In this document: piece by piece, positions 39,466-48,333 of the stretch
Position numbering within the stretch: the stretch's first letter is position 1
How the letters are laid out: the number at the start of each line of letters is the position of its first letter
Source of the DNA: Nitrospirota bacterium
GTDB taxonomy: Bacteria > Nitrospirota > Thermodesulfovibrionia > Thermodesulfovibrionales > Dissulfurispiraceae
DNA length: 64,000 nucleotides
Reading direction: 5' to 3'
NCBI GenBank assembly: GCA_963790025.1
Contig: CAWBMP010000005.1
Coordinates: 288,001 to 352,000, forward strand
Made by a program: the position numbers and the translations under genes
Notes under the pieces: model-generated
Database searches by the model: none
Told to the model about the DNA's origin: nothing
The model's input: only the letters and a program-made list of their open reading frames with translations

Positions 39466-42051
39466 ATGGACGACAATGGCACGTTATCCCGAAGAGACTT
39501 TCTGAAAGTTGCGGGCGCCACAGGGGTTGCGATTACGCTGACTGGTTTCCCGTTTCGCAATCTGAAGTCAGTAGCTGCATTCGAACGCCATCCCCAGGAA
39601 CAACCAGCGTTTCAAATCACCAAAAAAATTCCACAGGTATGCGCCCGCGCGTGCGAAGTGAATTGTGCTTTCTACGTCGCGGTCGGCACTGATCCCAAGA
39701 CCGGACTTGAAAGGGCCATGACAATTGAGGGTATGCCTCAGGACCCTATTGCGCAGGGCAAGTACTGCATTAAGGCCCTGGGCTATGTCGATTCTCTTTA
39801 CGACCCGGACAGGCTTATGGTCACCCTGAAAAGAACCAACCCGAAGAAAGGCACCGACCACGATCCTGGCTGGGTGACCGTACCTACAGACGATGCGGTG
39901 AAGGACATTATCGAAGTATTTAAAGCACATAAACGCGAAGAGATACTCATCGCTTCGCCCGGTGATCCTGCCACCAACAAACTGTGTCGTTCACTCGGTG
40001 TGACAAGGAGTGACCAGCGGACGGAGTGTTTCGGCACCCACTACTATATTAATTGCCTCACCCTGACGAATCCCCCGAACAAGTATTACTCGAGTACTTA
40101 TACCCCTAGCCATCACGTGCCCGGTTTCGACTATGATCTCGCAAAATACCAGATCTGGTTTGGCTTCGATTCCATCAGCAAATGCGGAAAGGCCGGTCTT
40201 ATTACCCATTGGGTGAAGTGCAGGAAAAACGGGGGGAAGGTTGTCATGTTCAATCCGGTAAGGACACCTATGGCTGATGATTTCGCTGCCGAATATCATC
40301 CGATCAAACCCGGCACCGACCTTGCGGTTGCTCTTGCGATAATAAATGTGATCCTTGCCGGCAAGAAGTATAATGCCGATTTCTTGAAGGATTATACCGA
40401 TGCTCCAGCGCTCGTCGATGAGAAAACAAAGACTGCCATAAAGTCCAAGGACGGGGGCTTTTATGCATGGTGTCAGAACCATAGGCGAGTGGAACCGCTG
40501 GATACCTGCGATGCGCCGTCTGTTGAGGGTGGAAGCTTTGCAGTGTCAATTGATGGCCGACCGGTCCAGGCCAAACCGGTATTCCAACTATTGATCGATG
40601 CCAATAAACAATATACTCCTGAATGGGCTGCACCTCTCAGCGAGGTGCCTGCAGATGTTATTCACAGGATAGCACTGGAACTTGCTGCAGCAGCACCCTA
40701 TGCTATGGTCCCAAGCAACAAGCGTGATGCTGCCGGTCCGAATTATGCGAACAGCTGGAGACTGCGTCACGCAATCAGCGTTATAAACACACTTATAGGT
40801 TCGATCGACCATGAGGGCGGGGTTCTGCTCCTGCATGGCGTAAAGATTCCCTGGTATGAAGATCTCGCCCAGCCTGTGGAACCGTATCCCCCGCTGCCTG
40901 TCATACAGGCAGATTTCAGGCAAGAGTTTCCTGTCACGAACAACATTTACAGGAATAAGGACTTTTCGGCGCCGGGCCATTACGGAATGCTCGGATTCGG
41001 CCTGTTGAATACTGACATAACCAAAGTGGTGTTCTTTCGGAACCCTCATAGGGGACTCTATGCGTTTGTTCAGCCCCAAATGGCTGAAAAGGGTCTCGAA
41101 AAGATGGACCTGGTGGTCGACTGGAACCTCTATCTGGATGATCTTGGCTACTGGTGTGATTATGTGCTTGCAGCTCCACATCAATATGAAGAATCCAAAT
41201 TGGACATACGGTCCTACTATCCGAAATACGCATGTCTTATTGGAGGCGCAGCTATCAGGGCTGAACTTCCCGGTGATCAGATAGGATGGGGCAGCCTTGC
41301 CAAGGCAATAGGTATGGCGCTCGCTCCCAAGTACTGGACGACGGACGGCAGCGGCGATCCGAAGAAAGCAGTTCCGACTAATATTACCGATGTCGCGGTC
41401 AAAGGTGTCGGGGCAGCCGAAAATACCAAAGAGTTTATGAAGAAAGGCGGCTTCTGGATCGACAAGTCACCCTATCAGAACTATAAACAGATAAGAGAAG
41501 TCGGATACGGTACGCAGAGCAATGGACGCGTAAGGATGTATATCGACGAGTTTGCCCGGGTCGGGCATGAGCCGCTGCCGAAATGGGCCCCACGCTGGAC
41601 CTCGCCTGAAGGTGAATTCAAATTTTCTAAGGTGGTTACAAGAGCTCCCTGGATCATGCATGCAGATCCGAACTTCGTCAACAATCCTATTTTAAAAATC
41701 ATGACAGCCAGGAATTACATGGACTGCGTCTGGCTCAACCCTGAAGCTGCAAGGCGGCTGGGGCTCAAGGAGGGTGATGAGGTCATGCTGGAAAATGACC
41801 CAAAATACATGAAGGTCCTCCCCCGTCCGATGAAGGCCAAGCTGCATCTTAGCAAGCGTATTGTAAGGGAAGATTGTGTTCTTATGTTCCACGGTATAGG
41901 ACACAGGGCCAGGAACCTGACCGTCGCAAGGGATTGGGGCTATCGTGATGGCGACCTCACTCCCCAGAAGGACCCCGCGATGAGCAAGAAGCATGATCCT
42001 ACAGGTATGGGCTGGGTCGAAGATGTCTATCTCAGCGTCAGGAAAGCGTAG
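39466..42051 (+). CDS. Tat-exported molybdopterin oxidoreductase catalytic subunit (DMSO reductase superfamily)
   Basis: SRRDFLK; CARACEVNC...C Fe-S motif; IKPGTDLA; C-terminal molydopterin-binding VWLNP.AARRLGL.EGD. Confidence 0.9.
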   Translation: MDDNGTLSRRDFLKVAGATGVAITLTGFPFRNLKSVAAFERHPQEQPAFQITKKIPQVCARACEVNCAFYVAVGTDPKTGLERAMTIEGMPQDPIAQGKYCIKALGYVDSLYDPDRLMVTLKRTNPKKGTDHDPGWVTVPTDDAVKDIIEVFKAHKREEILIASPGDPATNKLCRSLGVTRSDQRTECFGTHYYINCLTLTNPPNKYYSSTYTPSHHVPGFDYDLAKYQIWFGFDSISKCGKAGLITHWVKCRKNGGKVVMFNPVRTPMADDFAAEYHPIKPGTDLAVALAIINVILAGKKYNADFLKDYTDAPALVDEKTKTAIKSKDGGFYAWCQNHRRVEPLDTCDAPSVEGGSFAVSIDGRPVQAKPVFQLLIDANKQYTPEWAAPLSEVPADVIHRIALELAAAAPYAMVPSNKRDAAGPNYANSWRLRHAISVINTLIGSIDHEGGVLLLHGVKIPWYEDLAQPVEPYPPLPVIQADFRQEFPVTNNIYRNKDFSAPGHYGMLGFGLLNTDITKVVFFRNPHRGLYAFVQPQMAEKGLEKMDLVVDWNLYLDDLGYWCDYVLAAPHQYEESKLDIRSYYPKYACLIGGAAIRAELPGDQIGWGSLAKAIGMALAPKYWTTDGSGDPKKAVPTNITDVAVKGVGAAENTKEFMKKGGFWIDKSPYQNYKQIREVGYGTQSNGRVRMYIDEFARVGHEPLPKWAPRWTSPEGEFKFSKVVTRAPWIMHADPNFVNNPILKIMTARNYMDCVWLNPEAARRLGLKEGDEVMLENDPKYMKVLPRPMKAKLHLSKRIVREDCVLMFHGIGHRARNLTVARDWGYRDGDLTPQKDPAMSKKHDPTGMGWVEDVYLSVRKA

Positions 42052-42062
42052 GGGAGGGAAAA

Positions 42063-42650
42063 ATGAAAGAATATGCCATTCTGCTTGACACTACTTATTG
42101 CACAGGCTGCAATACATGCGCTTATAAATGCATACAGGAGTTCAGGGACCAGAACCAGGCCGCACGCGGCTTTTTCAGGGCCTTTGTTCAAATGAATGAT
42201 GATGGGATGTATCAGCAAAGGTGCATGCATTGCAAAGACCCTCAATGCGTTAAAGCCTGCTCCACAGGTGCTCTTTCAAAATCGCAGTATGGTCCTGTAT
42301 TGTTCGATGCCGGAAAATGTGCCGGAGACAAAAAATGCGTGGCCGCCTGCCCGTTTCAGGCCATTCAGTTTGATGCTTCTTCGGCAAAGATCGTCAAATG
42401 CAGCATGTGCGCCCATCGGATAAGCCAGGACAAGGAACCGGCGTGCGTAGAGGCATGTCCTTCCGGAGCTTTGCAATTCGGAGAATACAGCAAGCTTGCA
42501 GAAGTCGCAAAGACAACTGCCGCAAGGGACAACCTGAACATATACGGGCTGAAAGAAAACGGCGGTACGCATATGATAGTTCTTCTCAAGGGAAAACCCG
42601 AGGATGTCGGGTACCCGGCTGTAGCAGGGCTTGCCCGGCTCCTGGGCTGA
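42063..42650 (+). CDS. 4Fe-4S dicluster electron-transfer subunit
   Basis: CTGCNTC...C, CMHC..P.C..AC, KCSMC...PACVEACP. Confidence 0.92.
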   Translation: MKEYAILLDTTYCTGCNTCAYKCIQEFRDQNQAARGFFRAFVQMNDDGMYQQRCMHCKDPQCVKACSTGALSKSQYGPVLFDAGKCAGDKKCVAACPFQAIQFDASSAKIVKCSMCAHRISQDKEPACVEACPSGALQFGEYSKLAEVAKTTAARDNLNIYGLKENGGTHMIVLLKGKPEDVGYPAVAGLARLLG

Positions 42651-42698
42651 ATTTTAAGGGCGGCCTCTCGGCCGCCCTATTCTTGAGGAGGAAAACTG

Positions 42699-43379
42699 AT
42701 GCCCGGATTGGACCAAAAACAGAACTTGGCACAGACAAGACTGACTCTCTATGGCCTGTTCGCCCAAGCTCTCAATTATCCTGACCATGAGCTTATTCAG
42801 CGGCTTTCGAGCGGCGAGTTTGTTGATAGCCTGTGCACTTCCCTGGACACCCTCGGACAGGCACTGCAGGAAAGGGACGTGACTCGACTGAAAAGTGCTT
42901 ACTCTGATAAGTCGCGGGAGGAAGGTGAGCTGCTTCTGGAACTTGAGAAAGAATACACGAGGATATTTTTTGCTTCGAGGCCTCGCCTGGCTTACCTGTT
43001 CGAGTCGGTGTATAACGAGGGCAAACTGTACCAGGATTCGACATTTGAGATCGCCAGGCTTTACCACGATGCGGGGTTGAAACTCGGCGATGATTTCAGG
43101 CTGCCCCCTGACCACATAGCAGTGGAATTTGAATTCCTCTCGTTCCTGTGCTACAAGGAGATGGAAGGGGCCTGCAGTGGCGATGAAGAGGCCCGCGAGT
43201 ATGCTAGAGAATTGCAGGATGAAGTCATTGGAAAGCATCTTGGGCCTTTTGCCATTAACGTGGCCGAAAGACTTGAAAAAAACGCTGGTACTCTTTTTTA
43301 CAGGAGTATAGCTTTCGCAATATTGCGACATTTCGGCGGCACGCAGGGCCCGGATATTAATAATACTTTGCATAGGTAA
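42699..43379 (+). CDS. TorD/DmsD-family maturation chaperone
   Basis: EYTRIF, ESVY, PPDHIAVEFEF. Confidence 0.88.
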   Translation: MPGLDQKQNLAQTRLTLYGLFAQALNYPDHELIQRLSSGEFVDSLCTSLDTLGQALQERDVTRLKSAYSDKSREEGELLLELEKEYTRIFFASRPRLAYLFESVYNEGKLYQDSTFEIARLYHDAGLKLGDDFRLPPDHIAVEFEFLSFLCYKEMEGACSGDEEAREYARELQDEVIGKHLGPFAINVAERLEKNAGTLFYRSIAFAILRHFGGTQGPDINNTLHR

Positions 43380-43457
43380 TCTGCTCCGTCAAAGGGTGGG
43401 GTTGAGAAGCCGCGTTAACGGCAGACTAGGTTTTAAACGACACAGGGTCCGATTTCG

Positions 43458-44957
43458 ATGAGGTGGATTATGGACAATGAAATGAGCCGCGGGGAGTCAC
43501 TCAAATGTTCGGCGGCGGCGGAGGAAAAACCGGAAAAGAAGCAGTACTGGAAATTCATTGTACCGTTGCTCATAGCGGCAGTCATATGCCTGGTCCCCGT
43601 CCCTCATGGACTGAAACCAAACGCCTGGCATTATTTTGCAGTGTTCTGCGCCGTCATCGGAGCACTGATTCTGGAACCTATCCCTGCAGCCGCAGCGGGA
43701 CTTGTCGGTGTAACCTTTGCCGGAACGTTGCTTATGGTTAATCCAAATCCGGCCGACTCCCTGAAATGGGCGCTTTCCGGTTTCATTAATAGCACGGTAT
43801 GGCTTATCTTTATAGCGTTTATGTTCGCCAAGGGATATGAAAAGACGGGATTGGGGCGCAGGCTTGCCCTTTTTCTTGTGAGATCACTGGGTAAAAAGAC
43901 GCTTGGCCTGGGTTATGCTATAGCGATAGCGGATCTGGTGCTTGCGCCTTTCACTCCGTCCAACACGGCCCGCAGCGGCGGAACGATTTTCCCGGTAATC
44001 AAGAACATCCCTCCACTCTATGATTCTCACCCAGGCGAGACAGCCGGCAGAATAGGCTCGTACCTGATGTGGACGGCGCTTGCCACTACCTGCATAACGA
44101 GTTCCATGTTTCTGACCGGCCTTGCACCAAACGTGCTCGCCATAGAGCTTGTCAAAAAAACGGTATCGGTGAGCATCTCATGGACAGACTGGGTCATAGG
44201 TTTCCTGCCGGTCGGCTTGTTTCTTTTTGCAGTGACCCCCTATCTGATCTATAAGATATACCCGCCGCAGTTGAAAGCCTGCGGCGATGTGTGCCTATGG
44301 GCGGACGAGGAATTATCAAAAATGGGCAGGATAACCCGAAAAGAAGTGATCATGGCCTTCCTTGCCATCGTTGCCCTTACGCTCTGGATTTTCGGCGGCA
44401 ACTGGTTCAAGCTCGATGCCACCATGACGGCACTCATTATTTTGTGCGCCATGATCCTGACGGGAATTATCACATGGGACGACGTCATCGGCAATAAGCA
44501 GGCCTGGAATGTGCTTGTCTGGTTTGCCACTCTCGTAGCTCTGGCCGATGGCCTCAAGCTGGTGAAATTTCTGGACTGGTTCGCTGTTCTCACTGCCGGG
44601 GCCATGAAGGGTATGCCCGTTTTAACGGTGATGCTCCTGTTCGTAGCAATCTTCTTTATTGCCCATTATATGTTTGCCAGCATAACGGCGCACACAGCGG
44701 CACTGCTGCCTGTATTTCTTTCGACGGCCGCGGCCATCCCGGGTATGCCGGTAAAATTACTCGCTTTAATGTTTTGCTTTACCCTCGGGATGATGGGCAT
44801 TATTACTCCATTTGCAACGGGACCGTCACCTATCTATTACGGAAGCGGATATGTGCCACGCAAGGACTTCTGGCGTCTGGGACTAATATTCGGGGCTATT
44901 TACCTTGTTGTCTTTCTTGTCATAGGATATCCTTATTTGGCGTGGATCACAGGCTGA
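43458..44957 (+). CDS. DASS anion permease (CitT/TtdT-like)
   Basis: PSNTARSGG, FASITAH, TPFATGPSP. Confidence 0.9.
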   Translation: MRWIMDNEMSRGESLKCSAAAEEKPEKKQYWKFIVPLLIAAVICLVPVPHGLKPNAWHYFAVFCAVIGALILEPIPAAAAGLVGVTFAGTLLMVNPNPADSLKWALSGFINSTVWLIFIAFMFAKGYEKTGLGRRLALFLVRSLGKKTLGLGYAIAIADLVLAPFTPSNTARSGGTIFPVIKNIPPLYDSHPGETAGRIGSYLMWTALATTCITSSMFLTGLAPNVLAIELVKKTVSVSISWTDWVIGFLPVGLFLFAVTPYLIYKIYPPQLKACGDVCLWADEELSKMGRITRKEVIMAFLAIVALTLWIFGGNWFKLDATMTALIILCAMILTGIITWDDVIGNKQAWNVLVWFATLVALADGLKLVKFLDWFAVLTAGAMKGMPVLTVMLLFVAIFFIAHYMFASITAHTAALLPVFLSTAAAIPGMPVKLLALMFCFTLGMMGIITPFATGPSPIYYGSGYVPRKDFWRLGLIFGAIYLVVFLVIGYPYLAWITG

Positions 44958-44981
44958 CAACTATGATCAGGAGATCTCATT

Positions 44982-46049
44982 ATGTATAAAATTGCGGTAA
45001 TACCGGGAGACGGCATCGGCAAGGAGGTGGTACCGCAGGGCATACGGGTCCTTGATGTCATTGGGAAACGCTTCGGAATCAGGTTCGAATGGGAGAGTTT
45101 TTCCTGGGGATGCGAATATTATGCGTCAACAGGCTTCATGATGCCAAAAGGAGGGCTCGAAGTTCTTAAAAAATATGATTCAATTTTTTTTGGGGCCGTT
45201 GGCTTTCCCGGCGTTCCGGACCATGTCTCTCTGTGGGGATTGCTTCTTCCTATAAGAAGAGCATTTCGTCAGTATGTAAACCTGCGGCCTGTCAAGCTCC
45301 TAAAGGGTGTAGTCAGTCCGCTGCGGGACGTGAATCCGGGCGATATCGACTTATATGTGGTAAGGGAAAACAATGAAGGGGAATACTCGAACGTTGGTGG
45401 CCGAGTATATGAAGGGACTGAGCAGGAAATGGTCATACAAGAATCTGTTTTCACCCGTAAGGGTGTAGAAAGAATCATTAAATATGCATTCGAGCTTGCA
45501 AAGAAGAGAGATAAGAAACATGTTACTTCAGCGACCAAATCGAATGCGCTCACTCATAGCATGACTTTCTGGGATGAGATATTCCGGAAGATTTCCTCTG
45601 AGTACACAGGAATAAGCGCGGATCAATATCATATTGACAATATTACTACTCTTTTTATACGGCGTCCTCAGATGTTCGATGTAGTTGTCGGCAGCAATCT
45701 GTTTGGCGATATCCTTTCTGATCTTGGGCCCGCTATTGCCGGCAGTCTTGGACTTGCGCCATCAGCCAACCTGAATCCGGAAAGGGAATTCCCCTCGATG
45801 TTTGAGCCGGTCCATGGTTCGGCGCCGGACATTGCCGGGAAAGGAATAGCTAACCCGGTTGCACAGATATGGTCAGGAGCTATGATGCTCGAACATTTAG
45901 GTTATCCGGAGGCAGCTAAAATTGTTGAGAATGCAATAGAAATAGTTATTGCTGAGAAGAAAATAAAAACTCGCGACATCGGAGGTACGGCTTCTACTGA
46001 AGAGATGGGCAAGGCCATTGCGGAAATGGCAGCTACTGCAGTTTCATAG
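44982..46049 (+). CDS. Tartrate dehydrogenase/D-malate dehydrogenase (decarboxylating)
   Basis: IPGDGIGKEV, PDHVSLWGLL, TKSN, FEPVHGSAPDIAG. Confidence 0.88.
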   Translation: MYKIAVIPGDGIGKEVVPQGIRVLDVIGKRFGIRFEWESFSWGCEYYASTGFMMPKGGLEVLKKYDSIFFGAVGFPGVPDHVSLWGLLLPIRRAFRQYVNLRPVKLLKGVVSPLRDVNPGDIDLYVVRENNEGEYSNVGGRVYEGTEQEMVIQESVFTRKGVERIIKYAFELAKKRDKKHVTSATKSNALTHSMTFWDEIFRKISSEYTGISADQYHIDNITTLFIRRPQMFDVVVGSNLFGDILSDLGPAIAGSLGLAPSANLNPEREFPSMFEPVHGSAPDIAGKGIANPVAQIWSGAMMLEHLGYPEAAKIVENAIEIVIAEKKIKTRDIGGTASTEEMGKAIAEMAATAVS

Positions 46050-46094
46050 TGGCTTTGCCGAACCGCAATATGCCTAAGTTTAAAGTATAATTTC

Positions 46095-46583
46095 ATGGGA
46101 TTGAATAGGCGCATAAGCAAAACCGGCAAATCGGGAGAGTCTTTTGAAATAGGGATCTGCGATGCCGATGATTTTTCCTCTCTTCGTGAGATGTACCGCA
46201 TTTTTTCACCCAGGCCCGCTTGTCAGGGTCTTCCCCCGGCAGATTTTGAGGTCTGTTGCAACTGGATAAAAAGGCTTTTATCAATAGGGATCAATTTCCT
46301 GGCCTGGAGGAACAACAGGGTGGTCGGCCATGCTGCGCTCGTTCCGGATCCCGACGGAAAATCGGGAGAGTTCGTAATCTTCGTTGACCGGGACTTTAGA
46401 AATATCGGCATCGGGTCCGAGTTGGCAAAACTGGCTATCGAAAAGGCCAGAGAATTGGCTTATCATTCAGTCTGGTTGACAGTCGAGAATTCTAATTTGA
46501 TTGCAATAAAACTTTATAGAAATTTCGGTTTTCAATTTTGCGATGAGGACATCTGTGAGAGGACGATGCTCCTGAAGCTATAA
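46095..46583 (+). CDS. GNAT acetyltransferase
   Basis: QGLPP; FRNIGIG; N..AIKLY..FGF. Confidence 0.8.
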   Translation: MGLNRRISKTGKSGESFEIGICDADDFSSLREMYRIFSPRPACQGLPPADFEVCCNWIKRLLSIGINFLAWRNNRVVGHAALVPDPDGKSGEFVIFVDRDFRNIGIGSELAKLAIEKARELAYHSVWLTVENSNLIAIKLYRNFGFQFCDEDICERTMLLKL

Positions 46584-46607
46584 AAATCATTTTTGAGCCC
46601 TTTAAAT

Positions 46608-46636
46608 TTGACATCTTCTACGGGATGGGATAATAT
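46608..46636 (+). promoter_or_regulatory. Sigma70 promoter
   Basis: TTGACA-17 nt-TAATAT. Confidence 0.6.
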
Positions 46637-46770
46637 TTATCGAGATCGGAAAATTCTCAAATTTTGAGTATATGGCGGGGCTCCAGTTGCCCCAATAATG
46701 ACCCTCTGGGCGTGGGATTAGTCCACATATCACAGAATTCGAACTACATGAACGCATGAGGAGGCTTATT

Positions 46771-47058
46771 ATGAAAGAACATGAAGAAGTGGACCATCAG
46801 AAGCACCTGCCACGAGTCGGACAAACGGTAAAAAACAAGAAATACGGCACGTTATGGCGCATAATGGAGAAACGTGAGGTTTGGCAGAATGTTCCTGAAG
46901 ACGATCCGGAAACAGAGGAGCCCCGTACGCTTCCGGGTATTTACTTGTGTTTCTGGCGTGTTCAAGAGGGGACATTGCCGGGCGTCGGAAGACTTATGGG
47001 ATATGTCTACACTGCATACGACAATACATTCGAGGCAAACTGGGAGATTATACAATAG
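46771..47058 (+). CDS. Small hypothetical protein
   Basis: SD GAGGAGG before ATG 46771; own promoter; no recognised family. Confidence 0.65.
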   Translation: MKEHEEVDHQKHLPRVGQTVKNKKYGTLWRIMEKREVWQNVPEDDPETEEPRTLPGIYLCFWRVQEGTLPGVGRLMGYVYTAYDNTFEANWEIIQ

Positions 47059-47118
47059 GGAGGAAATCCCGAAGCGAGATAGCGTCAGCTACCCCTGCCG
47101 GGAATTTACGCATATTGG

Positions 47119-48213
47119 TCAATCCCCGAAGGATATGCCTATCTCACGCGCTGTTTTTATAGTGTCAATATCGGTAGGTACATTTTTGATTTGACCGATA
47201 ACTTCACTGAGCGGGACAGCCGTTACCGCTGGAGGATTGAGAGCAACCATAGTTCCAAACCTCTTTTCCTCTGCCATACGAACCGCGGCAGCACCGAAAC
47301 GCAGGCCCATCAGGCGGTCAAAGGTTGTGGGTGAGCCGCCGCGCTGAAGGTGCCCCAGTACAAGAGAGCGCGTGTCTTTGCCGGTCCTTTGCGCAATTTC
47401 ATTTGCAACGTATTCTCCAACCCCGCCCAGTACCACATCTTGCCGGCCAACTTCGCCTTTGCCCCTGTCAAGGACCCGGCCGCCCAGAGGTGCTGCGCCT
47501 TCCGCAGTAACTACAATTGCATAGTGATGACCGTGCAGCTCAAGTTCACTAATATGGTCGCATATCTTTTCGACATTAAAAGGAATCTCCGGTAGGAGAA
47601 CGACATTGGCCGAACCCGAAAGGCCGCTATGGAGAGCGATCCAACCCGCGTGGCGTCCCATCACCTCCACAACCATCACGCGGTCATGTGACTTGGCAGT
47701 AGAGTGAAGGCGGTCAATGGCCTCAGTAGCTATGTTCACGGCAGTATCGAAACCAAACGTTACGACAGTCTGGCAAATATCGTTATCTATGGTTTTGGGA
47801 ACTCCGATAACCGGCATTCCTTTCTTGTAAAAATTATGCGCGATCTCAAGACTGCCGTCCCCGCCGACCGCAATCAGGCAATCGAAGCGAAGGCGTTTGA
47901 AATTCTCTATCACTTTATCCGACACATCGCGCATCTCCGTCTCGCCTGCCAGGTTGGTAATGGGCATTTTGAAAGGGTTTCCCTTATTGGTGGTCCCGAG
48001 AATAGTCCCTCCCAAGCTGCAGATGTCGTGCACCATGGCTGGCGTCAGGTGTATTATCTCGTCAGTGTTGAGCAAACCTGCATATCCGTTTCTTATGCCA
48101 TAGACCTCCCAATTCCTGCTGTCAGCTCCCATCACAACTGACTTGATAACTGCATTAAGTCCGGGTGCATCTCCGCCGCCGGTACTGATAGCAATTCTCA
48201 TCCCCTTCTCCAT
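47119..48213 (-). CDS. pfkA: 6-phosphofructokinase (group III type)
   Basis: TGGGDAPGLN, GGDGS, PKTIDND, EVMGR, LGHLQRGG. Confidence 0.92.
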   Translation of the reverse strand: MEKGMRIAISTGGGDAPGLNAVIKSVVMGADSRNWEVYGIRNGYAGLLNTDEIIHLTPAMVHDICSLGGTILGTTNKGNPFKMPITNLAGETEMRDVSDKVIENFKRLRFDCLIAVGGDGSLEIAHNFYKKGMPVIGVPKTIDNDICQTVVTFGFDTAVNIATEAIDRLHSTAKSHDRVMVVEVMGRHAGWIALHSGLSGSANVVLLPEIPFNVEKICDHISELELHGHHYAIVVTAEGAAPLGGRVLDRGKGEVGRQDVVLGGVGEYVANEIAQRTGKDTRSLVLGHLQRGGSPTTFDRLMGLRFGAAAVRMAEEKRFGTMVALNPPAVTAVPLSEVIGQIKNVPTDIDTIKTAREIGISFGD

Positions 48214-48333
48214 AAGGCAATTCCTCCTGTTGCGGTATTCAAGCGAGGGGCTTTCCCCGATAATATAACCGAACTTCGTTTGCTGGTCGTTGACATTATA
48301 CCATATAGCAGAGAGGCGAGAGCGCGGCCTTAC

